Assembly (NCBI GenBank): GCA_043228905.1
Contig: JBHGNT010000003.1
Span: forward strand, 13,950,001 to 14,014,000
DNA from: Azolla caroliniana
Lineage: Eukaryota; Plantae; Polypodiophyta
DNA: 64,000 nt
Direction: 5' to 3'
In this document: in pieces, positions 1 to 11,923 of the stretch
Layout: the number at the start of each line of letters is the position of its first letter
Numbering within the stretch: position 1 is the stretch's first letter
Notes under the pieces: model-generated
The model's database searches: none
Told to the model about the DNA's origin: nothing
The model's input: the letters and a program-made list of their open reading frames with translations, nothing else
Position numbers and translations under genes: made by a program

Positions 1-1985
1 CTTTCGACTTCCTCTTATCATTGAATTGACGATTTCATTGTCGATTGACATCATTCTTCCTGTGATTATTGGACCTTCTATCGTCTTGATATCTACCACC
101 CCTATAAGGTTGGTTATTATTGTTATCCCATCGGAGTGAGTAATCCCGATCATAATTGTTCCGACTATCATGGCAGTCATCTTCCCGATGACACTCATCA
201 TATCAGTCATTACGCTGATAGTCGTCGCGTCGAGAATCATCCCTCTGATTATCATCCCCGCAGCCCTCATCTCTGCGGCGATCATCGTGCAGAGTATCAT
301 TACCCTGGTCTTATCTATACCGATCATCATAACTTGGTCGATCTTCTTCTTGCGACCAATATGCTGACTAATTCCGATCCTCATGAAAATTCGTCTCAAG
401 ATGAATCCGTCAAACTAGTGCGGTTGTTTTGTTGAGCAAATTATACTCACATTGCTCGACCGAATAAGCCTTGGAATGGTAGATCGTACAATGAGTGTGT
501 AAACTGCATTTCATCGTCGAATGCTCTATGTTGAGACAAGTGGTACATTTCACCGCTTGTTGGAACCTCAACTCCTCTAATGTAGGTAAATTTTTGTGCA
601 ATACTGACATGTTCATACTATTATTATTGTGAGTACGATCCATTGCCAAAGCTTTGTCCATCACTTGCTCCAGTGATTAATTTCGTAAATCGCGTAACAC
701 GAGAGTTGTTTGGAAAGGCTCACATATTGCTTCCAAGAAGATATCCTTCAGTTCTCCTTCTGGAATTGGGCATGAAATTTGGAGTCGCAAATTTTTAAAC
801 CTAATCACAAATTGCGACATCGTTTCATGAGGCTCCTTATATGCCACATAAAATTGGCTAATGAGATCCTTCTATGGGATTTACCGATGAAATAATTGTG
901 TAAACTTTGTAGATAATTGTTCAAATGTGCCGAACGCCTTTGGCCTGTTCTGGGCATACCAATTCACCGACGGTCCGTCGAGCGATAATACGAACTCATC
1001 GATTTTAGATTTTTCTTCAGAAGTAGCCGACAGCCGTTGTGCCACATGGTTCACTTCCCATGTCGTCAGAAAATCACGCACATGTGCTTTCGCATCGGCT
1101 CCCTCCCGATACTTTGAATAATGGTATGGCATTGTCACCTCCTCCCAAATCTCAAAAGAATATGGTTGATCGGACTGCTCCTCGTCCGAGTGACTATCTT
1201 TTAGATCGGGAATTTCACTTCTCTCCATTTTAACTTCTTGTTGGATTTAGTTAAGAACTTCCGAACCCTCCGCAATCCCACCTTCTACACTTCGTGTTTC
1301 TGATCTCGTGTGTGGTCTTTTGCGGCTTACAGGTGTCTCCGGACTAGATGACATCCATTCCCCTGGATTGTTACCTATAGCAGATGTAACCGGGCGTGCC
1401 AAAATATTGTGTCGATCTGCCGACAACTGACTACTGTAACCGACTAGCACAATATGTCCAACGTTCTTTCTCGAACGTTCTATCAAGATAATTGTGGTAG
1501 AAAATTGGATGGCTAGTAATAGTCTATACCCATACTTGACCTATAGAGACGCTGCTCTGTTTACATTGTACCTGTGATCGTCTATTTATCTTAATATAAT
1601 TAATTAGCAAACATCATACTCAAAGTTTGACACAGATAGGAATACAAAATAGTAATAGTAAAATCGACACAGTGATATACCCTAACCACTAACTTATATT
1701 AATTCAAAATAGAACAATAGGATTACAATGCTCTCGGTCACTTTTTATAGATGATCCAAGTGTCTGTATTCAAGATTTACACTTGCCATGTTCTGCAAGA
1801 ACTACGACAAAACTGTCGAACCTAAATAACTCTACTATTTTTTCCTACTTGGCAAAATTATATTTCATTTCTGATTCCTCGATCCGACTCCGACACTTCC
1901 ACACTTTGTTCGACTCGGAACCTTGCTGACTCCAACTTCCTTTCACATCTATCTGACTCCGACCCTGGTAGTCAACCGGCTAACA
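1..1985 (-). mobile_element. 5' part of a Ty3/Gypsy LTR retrotransposon (G0), running off the left window edge and inserted into a Copia RT
   Basis: Candidate LTR 1567-1985 (TGTAC..TAACA). Its right end interrupts the Copia RT exactly at GVD|C*. Retrotransposon-gag-like ORF 881-1228 (HVRDFL..FVLSLDGPSVNWY..FTQLF) and tandem CCHC-like knuckles at 410-664. A degenerate PBS-like TGTAAACAGAGC lies next to the LTR. Confidence 0.7.
410..1228 (-). pseudogene. gag: Degenerate Gypsy gag (capsid domain plus two Zn-knuckle-like motifs)
   Basis: ORFs 881-1228 and 410-664 (CTTCLNIEHSTMKC; CTIYHSKAYSVEQC), broken by stops. Confidence 0.75.
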
Positions 1986-2264
1986 ATCGACCCCATGTTC
2001 TTGCTTGAATCCTTTCGCGACTAGCCGAGCTTTGTATTTGGGCTTCTTTGAGTGACATACATATTTGTATCTGAAGACCCATTTGCAAGGCAGCGGCTTT
2101 CTTGCAGCTAGTAATTCAACCATCTTCCATGTTTGATTCTGATGAATCGAATCCATCTCAGATTTCATGGCTTGTAGCCATGTGTCGGCATCCAGCGCGG
2201 TTATGGTTTCCTTGTAGGAGCTCGGTTTACGTACATCTGCGTAGTTGACAAAGTCGAGGCCCGG
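1986..2264 (-). pseudogene. Host Copia H, RT N-terminal fragment
   Basis: KPSSYKE..WLQAMKSEMDSI..TW..CKWVFR..KYKARLVAKGF, a typical Ty1/copia RT start. Confidence 0.9.
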
Positions 2265-3312
2265 TGTCATGAAGATCTGTCACTAGGTGAAGATCGTGAG
2301 GTGGAATCGTCGGGGTTCTAGACCGGAAGGATTCGAAGTTTATGTTAGTTTTAGCAAGAAAGTATTTAAGATAGATTGAGAGAGATTGATATGGCAAGAG
2401 AGAGAGATACTGAAATAAAGATTTAACTCTTGATTTTAGATTTGAGAGAGAAGATACATCAACAATAGGGTTACAAGTCTCTTATTTGATCATCCAAAAA
2501 TTTTACATTAGTCCTTTCATCTTTTTCCTCCCCTCTTTTATAGATGCCCTCATGCATTTGAGGGTACAAGACATGCATAAAATGCATGTTTGCCATTTCG
2601 CGCTCATGTATTACATGTGGTGCATGATAACCATGTCACTCATTTTAGCTCTCATGTATAAGAAGTTACATGTAAAGTTACAATGATAAAAATATAATTC
2701 CAAGAAAATGTGTTGGCTTAGTTAGTGGTAAGCCTATTGACTCTCAATTTGGAGGTGCAAGGTTCAAATCCTTACTTTCCCTCCTTGTGTATATGTATAA
2801 ATATTTATTTATTTATCCTAGCCGTCGGTTGCCGATTGCCAGATGTCGATTACCGTTGGGTTTCCGATTGCCGCCGGCTCACCGGCTCCGTCGTCGGTCC
2901 GGTTTTGGTTGGCCAAAACCGTTGCAAGTAGCCAAGCCACACCCATTCATCCACTAGCTTAGTTCAAATCACCTTGACCTCTCTATGCTCCACACATAGA
3001 CACAAGGATAATAGCTTTTGCCCTACCTTATATATGGTGAGATCCTTATTTATCCTGTCCATGTGGGATATCTCACAATTTTTTTTTTCTCTTTGTCTTT
3101 GCAAACTTCCTACCCACATAAGTTGACACTTAGATGTTTGTTTCTTATGTAGTAAAGTGCATCCGAAAGCTCTTCAAGACCTCCATCTTTTTGTACTAAG
3201 ATATTAAACTTACTTAAAATTAGTATCTTCACTATTATTGTTTTATATGAATCGCACTCGATTTCGTACGTTTTATGTGATTTTCACACCATTCCCGAAA
3301 ATCTTCACGACA
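2265..3312 (-). repeat. 3' LTR of element P
   Basis: Near-identical to 14187-15064 plus 20766-20929; TG..CA ends; adjacent PPT. Confidence 0.93.
2708..2780 (+). ncRNA. tRNA-derived Pol III A-box/B-box cassette in the P LTR (second copy 14628-14695)
   Basis: TGGCTTAG(TTAG)TGGTAAG..CTCTCA..GAGGTGCAAGGTTCAAATCCTT; B box 2761-2771; T-stem AAGG/CCTT. Confidence 0.7.
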
Positions 3313-3859
3313 TCCACCCCCACCAAACCGCACGTCCTCTAGTACGTGCCAAGTACAGAGAGTGTGAGATTTCAGCTATGGTGATCATTAAGATTCCTCC
3401 ACTTCCTCATTCACATCCATCGTAGTATCTTTATCTTCGAGGTGATCGAGGTCAGGATCCTCGTCTTGTCTTTTCTTGAAAACCTTTACTCTTTTTCCCG
3501 CGATGGGTATGGCCAACCTTGATCCAACTAGCTCCGCAAGGTGGTATGTGGCATTGTCGTTGGCACTTATCACCACATACGGTCTGAAACAACTTCTTGC
3601 GAACTTTCTTGTTGTACTGTGTTGATTGTCAAGGCTGCTATCGTAGACCAATACCCAATCGCCTTCTTCGATCTTCTTGGGACGCGCAGTCGATGTGTCT
3701 TGTTGAACCGAATTTTGTTCTTCACTCAGGCTGCCTCCATCATTTGTCGCGCATGTTCTAGATCTACAGGTCTCCTTTCAAGTTGCCTTATCCGTGCTGC
3801 TAATAATTCTTCTCGGCTCATCTCGTTCTCCCATGGTATCGCTACCCATGAGGCGATCG

Positions 3860-4489
3860 TGTTAGGAAACAGGTCCCTCCAGATGGGAAGTGAGAAGAAC
3901 AGTGTTGATGAGCAACTCGTTCGAGGCCGAATCCGGATGTGGAGTACCCGGCAACGGAAGACCCGGTGAGAACCGGATGTTGCAGGCCCGGTGAGAACCT
4001 CTCATCGGATGGAAGGGACATACATGTTAATATGTTCCAGAGAGCCCACTAGGGCTATATTTGTGAATAGCCCGAAATTCATATTAGTATGAATATGACC
4101 TAGGGCAAACTTAATAGCATTGATGTAGAGCTGGTTGTATTATTATCGTTGTTGCAATAATTCAGAGTGTCACTGCGTAAAGAGAAGAGAGAGAGAGAGA
4201 GAGAGGAAGAGGTCGTTGCCTCTGTTGTAACCGCCTGGTGGCGAAGTGAGGGAGCAAGAGGTCGTTGCCTCTGTGCCGCATTGTTGTAATCTTGATATAG
4301 GGATATTTTGCAGTCTAAGGGTTGCCGTGGTTTTTCCCAGATTTGAGTTTTCCACGTTAACATCCACTGCACTCTCTTCCTTACTGTTTCGTGTGTAGAT
4401 ACATCTCACCACATCCCTGTTTTTCTGTGCTTGATCCGACGTCTCGGTTGTGGCCGAGCATAGCTAAGGAAACCATATTCCTTTCAACA
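3860..4489. mobile_element. Solo LTR S1 inserted in the integrase of P
   Basis: TGTTAGG..TTCAACA ends; 5-bp TSD GATCG; homologous to the solo LTR at 23390-24105. Confidence 0.9.
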
Positions 4490-6899
4490 GATCGTCCTTT
4501 CGATGGGCATCACCGGCTTTTGTCCATACATAAGCTTCGTTGGCATATACCCTATCATCGAGTTGTGTGTCGTTCTGTCGGCCCACAAGGCATAGGGCAA
4601 TAGTCGTGGCCAATTCCCGACTCGACCATTGCATGCTCGTACGATGGCTTTGACGATGGGTCCATGCCCTCGCTCGATCTTCCCATTCGCTTCTGGATTG
4701 TAGGCAGTCTTGAGGGAGAGCTTCATGCCTAGTTGTTCGAAAAGCTCCATTGCTTCGTGTGCGTCCAACTCCCCTCGGTCGACGACTATCTTCCCCACAC
4801 ATCCGTATCGGCAAACAACCTGTTCAAGTAGAAATTTGCAAACAGTTGACGTCGTCTTATTTGTCAAGGCCCGCTGCCCTTCCACTTGATTTGTCAAGTC
4901 TTCTCTTGCCAGCACTAAGTACTTCATTTGTCCCACCCCCATTGGCATTGAGACCAGATCAACCATCCATTTGAAGTGTATGGTGAGCGGGTATGTCGAT
5001 CATAGCTCATCACGATGACGTATGTTGGAATGTACTTGGCAAGTTTCGCATGTGGACACGAAATGGAGTACATCTTTGTACATGCTTGGCCACCAGTACT
5101 TTTCCTTCAACTTTTCAAACGTCGCCCATGTTCCTCTATGATCTGCCCAAGCACTCTCGTGGAATTCGGTCATCAACATCACTTGCTCTTCTTTCTTCAC
5201 CACCACTCGGCGTGGTATTCCCGTCCTTCTTTTTGGGTGTCGCCAAAGGAAGCCTCCCTTCAGGAAGTATCGATAAGCTTTCTTCCAGATTTGTAGAGCC
5301 TCCTCCTTTGTCAACGAAGCATCCATCATCATTGTTCTTCAGAATCTACCGATCAGTAACCACGCTCCTTCATACTCGTCCTCGTTGAAGGCGTGGAGGG
5401 TTAGCGTGTCCTTGTCTTCCACCGATAATCGAGCCATCTTGAAGAAGTCGAGGGTAACGTCTTCATCTTCCAAAACCATGTCACTTTCACTTTCAAATCT
5501 TGCCCTTGACAGCATATCAGCCATGACGTTCTTCTTGCCTACAACGTGGCGGATCTCTGGGCATAAAGACTTGATATAGGCGATCCACCTTAGCATAGCT
5601 AAATCTGGGGTCGCACATCCCAATATCATTCCAAGGATTGGGAGAAAATCTATCTCTATTATCACTTCCGACCCGATCAGGTAATCTTTGTCCGTCTTCA
5701 TTGCCGACACAATACCCCAAAGTTCCTGCTTGACTTGGGCGTATATTTGTTGCCGTTTGCTAAGAAATTTTTCTCTGAACCGGATGGCATACCGCGCATT
5801 ATCTTCTCCTTCTTGGTTGATGACCCACCCGATTCCGGTTGGGCTCGTATCTATAGTCACATAAATCGGCTTTCCTTCGGTATAGTCGGCCTTTCTTAGT
5901 GTTGGAGCTTCAAGAAGTGGTTTCTTTAATCTTCGCATCGCGTTCGTGTGCTCGTCTCGCCATTCGAACTTCATTCTTTTCTTTAGCAATCCATATAAAG
6001 GCTCGGCGACATGGGCGTAGTGTGGAATCCAAATATGGTAAAATGCGCATGCTCCAAGGAACCTTCGAACCTCCGTTTGGTTTACGCAATCTTCTTTCAT
6101 GTCCTGGATCGCATTCACCTTTGATGGCGAAGGCTTCCGGCCGTATGCTCCACATAAGTGACCTACCACCAAGATCTTTGGTTGCCTGAATGCGGATTTT
6201 CTCTCCCGAAAATGTCAAATTCGTGTCTTCGAGCCTTTGGAGCACCTTCTCGCAATCGCGACGAACTTTCTACACCCTTCCTTATCTTTTGATTCATTCT
6301 TCTCTTCATCCGAACATCCTTTCATTTGAATATCACCCAAGAATGGCATCGTGATGTCCGGGATGCAATCCTTTAAGACCTTGTTCATGGCATTCACCAT
6401 ATGAGCCACCGAGTTCGTTGCACCTTGAGGTAAGGTACACATCCACACGAGCCCGATCGGAGTCCTCATGGTTGTAATGTCACGACTGTCAATCGCCAAT
6501 AGGAATTGGTCATATCCGGAGTAGAGATCACCAATGGAGTACATGGACCGGCCCGCAAACGCCTCGGCAAATTCGTCCACGCTGTCGTGTGAATCTTCAC
6601 ACACTATGTAAAAAAAATAATGAAATAATTATTATAGATTAGATTAGTAGCTTACTATAGAAAGATGGATATACTCAAGAGCTTCAAAATGTATTTTACT
6701 ATATACAAAATGGAGAAATACATATCAAGTTATGAGAAAATAAAGTTTAAGAAGATAGGGAAATTAGAACTATCCCACATAGATAGGAAAGTTAAGGCCC
6801 TGGCTATATAAACACCTTGAGCTCCCTAATTTTTCATTTGTGCTAAGAGCACTTTGGCCACTTTGTCTTGATGGATGATGGTGGCCAAATTCCCTAAAT

Positions 6900-7180
6900 C
6901 CGGAAACTGGCCGGTATGCAATCCGGAAACCGGTCGGTATGCAAAACCGGAACCGGCGGCAAGCAAACCGAAATCGGAACCGGCCGGCGAGAAAAACCGG
7001 AACCGGAACGGGTAAGCAAAACCGGAACTGGAACCGGCTAGCAAACTGGAACCGACCGGCAAGCAAAACCGGACCGGAACTGGCAAGCAAACCGGAACCG
7101 GCCGGCAAGCAAAATCGGAACCGGAACCGGCAAGCAAACTGGAACCGACCGGCAAGCAAAATGGAACCGGCTACCGGACG
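6900..7180. repeat. CCGG-rich minisatellite in the N LTRs (longer copy 9910-10325)
   Basis: Imperfect units of CCGGCAAGCAAA(A)CCGGAA; source of many spurious ORFs. Confidence 0.95.
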
Positions 7181-7483
7181 AGGTTGGACGCGGACGGACG
7201 AAAGATTGGATCATGCAACAAACTAAAGTAAAGTGAAGAGAACTAAAGTAAAGGCCATGTGGACACAAGCAACTAAAGGAGTGCATGGAAAAAGTAAAGG
7301 TCATGTGGACAGTCACATGCAACCAAAAGAAAAAGCTAGGCAACTAAAAGTAGAGGCCATGCAACAAAAAGTGGAAAAGTTATGATCAAGGGAGAACTCC
7401 ATATTTATTCCATTTTTTTCTTACACTAGGGCACTCTCCATATTATCTGAATTATATTTTCCTTCTCAACTCCCTTATCTGAG

Positions 7484-7630
7484 GGAAGCCATATCTCTCA
7501 AAAACCCTAAAATTCCCTACGGAAGCCATAACACTCAAAAACCCTAATCTTCACTACGGAAGCCATAATACTCATATAACCTAATCCTAATTTTCCCTAC
7601 GGAAGCCATATCTACCAAAACCCCTAATTT
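7484..7630. repeat. Four ~37-43 bp repeats containing telo-box-like AAACCCTAA in the N LTR (second copy 10638-10783)
   Basis: GGAAGCCATA..AAAACCCTAA..CCCTAC repeated. Confidence 0.85.
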
Positions 7631-7844
7631 TTCTTTTCTATTATTCTTAGTAAATCTAAAACTTCTAAATCCCAATCTTGGGACATATTGTAATTTCTTT
7701 TTCCTTTGTTAATGAAAATTATTAAATTTCTTCTTTCTGTTATTTGTTAAAAATATAAACGCATAAATGTGATTATCCTCTGGTCGAAGGCCTCGGGGTC
7801 CTGCCTCAAGTTCGCGTATCCTCGTCGTATTTTCGCGACATCTT

Positions 7845-7862
7845 TGGTGAACCCGACGTGAA
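7845..7862 (+). promoter_or_regulatory. Primer-binding site complementary to the 3' end of tRNA-Trp
   Basis: TGGTGAACCCGACGTGAA is the reverse complement of the plant tRNA-Trp 3' end TTCACGTCGGGTTCA-CCA. Confidence 0.88.
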
Positions 7863-7885
7863 ACGAGGCAGTAGGAGGATATCTC

Positions 7886-9479
7886 ATGGAGGCATATAAA
7901 CTATACGCGTTCGATCAATGGCTATCATCATTAAAGACCCACCAAAGTGCCATGCATGCTTTCGTTGAGTTCGAGTGTCGCTTTGCACAACTCTCGGAGC
8001 GGGATCAAAGATTGGTGGGGGTGGAAAAATTCCTAATGTTTGTGAAATCGATAGACCGGAAGGAAAGGAATGCCATTGGAGGCATATAAACTATACGAGT
8101 TCGATCAATGGCTATCATCATTAAAGACCCACCAAAGTGCCATGCATGCTTTCGTTGAGTTCGAGTGTCACTTTGCACAACTCTCGGAGCGGGATCAAAG
8201 ATTGGTGGGGGTGGAAAAATTCCTAATGTTTGTGAAATCGATAGACCGGAAGGAAAGGAATGCCATTGGAATCCGACTTGAAGATGACGATGGTGCAAAT
8301 GGCCTCACAGAAGATTGGACGAAAGTGGAAAGAGTATATCGACTTCACGATGAGAGGAAGGCAAGATTCTCATCCGTGACAACACAACGTACTAGGGATG
8401 GTGAAAAAAGGACGGGAAGCAACTACAAACTACCACCTAAAGAAGAAAACTTGAAGAGGGAAGGTTCAACAATACTCGACATAGAAGTCTTGATGGAAGA
8501 GGCATTCGAGAACTTAAAGGCGCAAGTTGAGGCTGAAGAGAAGCTTCAAAGGGAGCAAAAACTGAAGCAAATGATGAGCGAGGAAGTGAAGGCCAAAACT
8601 AACACATGCAAAGAAGAGGGAAGAATAATCGAGGATTGCTCGATTGAGAAGTTCAATGGGTATGAGGCCGATGAATTTGAAGAGATGGCCACAGATAACG
8701 AATTAGAGATAGAGGTGGCTATGGACAACACAATGAAGGAGGATGGTAAGTGTGCCGAGACTTCTTCCCCACTATTTCAAGATATTTTGGCAATGGTAGA
8801 TGGGAACATATCTGTTGGTGGAGAAAGGGCCATCACCGAAGAGACATACCTGAACCAAATAAAGACCCAAGAGATGGAAGGTGGTAACGAGGAAGTGAAG
8901 GTCAATGTTGATATATACGATGAAGAGGTCAAACAAAGCACAATGGTGCATGACAATGGCCAAGTGAGCCAAGTGAAGTCTAAGGGTATTCCGCGAGATA
9001 TGATTCCATGCTCCGACTCAAAAGGGGATTCTAGTGTGAAGATCAAACAAACGATGGTCAACTGTCACACGAGAGCATACCATGAAAAAGGTGGATGTGG
9101 GAAACATGAAATGTGGTCATCTGAGATTTTGAAAGTGAGCGTGGACTTGAATCATGGGCTACAAGGAGTAGTTAAAGTCAATGTTCAAGTGAGGTCTAAT
9201 GAAGACAAACCTAGATTGATGAAAGAAGGAAGACTAAATTGCGTTAACCATGGCAATGGTCGAAATGAAGGTAGCACTTGCATGATGCATAAAGGGTTAT
9301 GCTTCGGGAAGGCAGAAGAGGACATGAAAACCAAATATGGCAATGCAAAGCTCAGACAAAGGATTTGGTGGTTTGGATGGTCTCCATGGTTATGGTGGAA
9401 AGAATGGTCATGGTGGCATTGGAAGAAGAAAGATAAGGAACCAACGAGTTGGTTCAAGGTCAATCTCTATCATAGATAG
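7886..9479 (+). pseudogene. Truncated Gag-like protein of element N (~467 aa before a 190-bp frameshifting duplication)
   Basis: The N-terminus SAMHAFVEFE..FVKSID..LEDDDGANGLTEDW aligns by eye to P Gag SASRVYDEFE..FLKAVD..LEDDTQAKGLVADW. It is followed by an acidic/coiled-coil region and a W-rich tail. Confidence 0.8.
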
Positions 9480-11880
9480 TTAGCTTATGAAGGAAAGAAA
9501 ATATTACGACAAGGATTAAAGATTTCAACTAGGAGGATACAACTCAATAACACAATTGGCACATACCGGTGGATGTGCAGGTTTGGTGGGGGTGAATGTC
9601 GTGTGAATCTTCACACACAATGTAAAAAAATAATGAAATAATTATTATAGATTAGATTAGTATCTTACTATAGAAAGATAGATATACTCATGAGCTTCAA
9701 AACGTATTTTACTATATACAAAATGGAGAAATACATATCAAGTTATGAGAAAATAAAGTTTGATTAGAGAAATTAGAACTATCCCACATAGATAGGAAAG
9801 TTAAGGCCATGGCTATATAAACACCTTGAGCTCCCTCATTTTTCATTTGTGCTAAGAGCACTTTGGCCACTTTGTCTTGATGGATGATGGTGGCCAAATT
9901 CCCCAAATTCGGAAACCGGCCAGTATGCAATCCGGAAACCGGCCGGTATGCAAAACCAGAACCGGCCGGCAAGCAAACCGGAATCGGAACCGGCCGGCAA
10001 GCAAAACCGGAACCGGAACGGGTATGCAAACCGGCCGGTAAGCAAAACTGGAAATCGGTCGGCAAGCAAAATTGGAACCGGAACGGGTATGCAAACCAGA
10101 AACCGGTTGGCAAGCAAAACCGGAAACCGGCCGATAAGCAAAACCAGAACAGGCCGGCAAGCAAAACCGGAACCGGAACCGGCAAGCAAACTGGAACCGG
10201 CCGGCAAGCAAAACCGGAAACCGGCTGGTAAGCAAAACCGGAACCGGCAAGCAAACCGAAAACGGCCGGCAAGCAAAATCGGAACCGGAACCGACCGGCA
10301 AGCAAAATGGAACCGGCTACCGGACGAGGTTGGACGCGGACGGACGAAAGATTGGATCATGCAACAAACTAAAGTAAAGTGAAGAGAACTAAAGTAAAGG
10401 CCATGTGGACACAAGCAACTAAAGAAGGGAGTGCATGGAAAAAGTAAAGGTCATGTGGACAGTCACATGCAACCAAAAGAAAAAGCTAGGCAACTAAAAG
10501 TAGAGGCCATGCAACAAAAAGTGGAAAGGCTATGATCAAGGGAGAACTCCATATTTATTCCATTTTTTTTCCTACACTAGGACTCACTCTCCATATTATC
10601 TTAATTTTCTTGTCCTTCTCAACGCCCTTATCTTAGGGAAGCCATAACTCTCATAAACCCTAAAATTCCCTACGGAAGCCATAACACTCAAAAACCCTAA
10701 TCTTCCCTACGGAAGCTATAATACTCATATAACCTAATCCTAATCTTCCCTACGGAAGCCATATCTCTCAAAACCCCTAATTTTTCTTTTCTATTAATCT
10801 TAGTAAACCTAAAAGTTCTAAATCCCAATCTTGGGACATATTGTAATTTCTTTTTCCTTTGTTAATGAAAATTATTAAATTTCTTCTTTCTGTTAATTGT
10901 TAAAAATATAAACGCACAAATGTGATTATCCTCTGGTCGGAGGCCCCGGGGTCTTGCCTCAAAGTTCACGTATCCTCGTTGTATTTTCGCGACAACGCTC
11001 GGACCGATTCCAGCATTTCTAATTGTCACCTTGTTGACGGGTTGAAGATCTTTGATGAATCACAATCATCCATTTCTCTTCGGCACCGTGAACCACCTAT
11101 TAGAGTAAGGAGCATTCAACAGTTCTAGAATACCCATATTCACTTTCTCCTTTAATAGCTCGATCAGCTTCGGAAGGTGCGCTCTTGGAACTGGTATCGG
11201 TTTCAAATTCCAAGGCACATGTGGCACCGTGAAGATCACCATCAACTCTATAATCTTTGGGTCGGCACATCCGATTTCCTGGGCAGAGAACGTGAAGGCT
11301 TTCCCATGCCTTTCAAGCATTTCACGAAACTTTCGCTCCTCTTCAGGGAGGAGGAAATCCTCCTTTCCAACTCATAGCTTTCTTTTCGTCTCTTTAGTGA
11401 AGACATGACCTATTGTCTTTGGATCCCTTAAGCTTGGATCATTAGCGACTTCCTTCATCTTTTGCCAGCTATCTTCCGGTAGCGGAACCACAACTGGCTT
11501 GATCTTCTTATCCACCATTTTATATTTTGTGTTGACTTCAGCTTCCTCCATCAGGATGCCACGATAGTATTCATCGTTGATAGCGTACATGTTGACGGAG
11601 TTAACCGAAATCACACATTGGTCGTGAAGATAGCTCAAGTCCACGACGTCCTCAATTTCGCCGATGGTGTCGTTAAATGAGGCTTCTTCCATAATATGAG
11701 TCATGAACTCTTCTTCTTCTATTATGTTTTCTTCTTTCAGCATCTTCGTGAATTCTTGTATCCGACGCTTGTCCTTCTTGTCAGGTAGTACTAGTTTACA
11801 TGCGCCACTAGGTGTGACACATGTTGCTTCTCCTCGCAATCCACGTGCTCTATTTTCTTGTGGGAACTTGTGATTGCTCG

Positions 11881-11923
11881 GACTATTTGTGCCCCATGCT
11901 CCAATAGTCTGTTCTAAAAATCC
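11881..11923 (-). promoter_or_regulatory. Putative -1 programmed ribosomal frameshift signal between gag-PR and pol
   Basis: G GAT TTT followed by TAG, a 7-nt spacer and stem GACTATT..AATAGTC; the -1 frame stays open into ORF 11372-11839. Confidence 0.7.

Larger units (their letters stand above)
6583..10994 (+). mobile_element. Non-autonomous Trp-primed LTR element (N) with a single truncated gag-like ORF, inserted antisense into the RT of P
   Basis: LTRs 6583-7840 and 9597-10994; perfect 4-bp TSD ACGC, whose removal restores IGPSVDEF; PBS 7845-7862; PPT ~9579-9596; no PR, RT or INT. Confidence 0.93.
3388..11923 (-). pseudogene. pol: pol of element P (RT-RNase H-integrase), fragmented and interrupted by two insertions
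   Basis: ORFs 11372-11839 and 11066-11320 (RT start), 6215-6604 (DLYSGYDQ, LPQG, FLGD in place of FLDD), 5339-6172 (RT/RH), 5000-5332 (HHCC), 4484-4966 (rve core, ANGKIER), 3388-3651. Confidence 0.92.

Noticed and set aside
6770-10414. Many overlapping ORFs rich in RFRFC/NRNR/EPEP
   Set aside because: Translations of the CCGG minisatellite in the N LTRs
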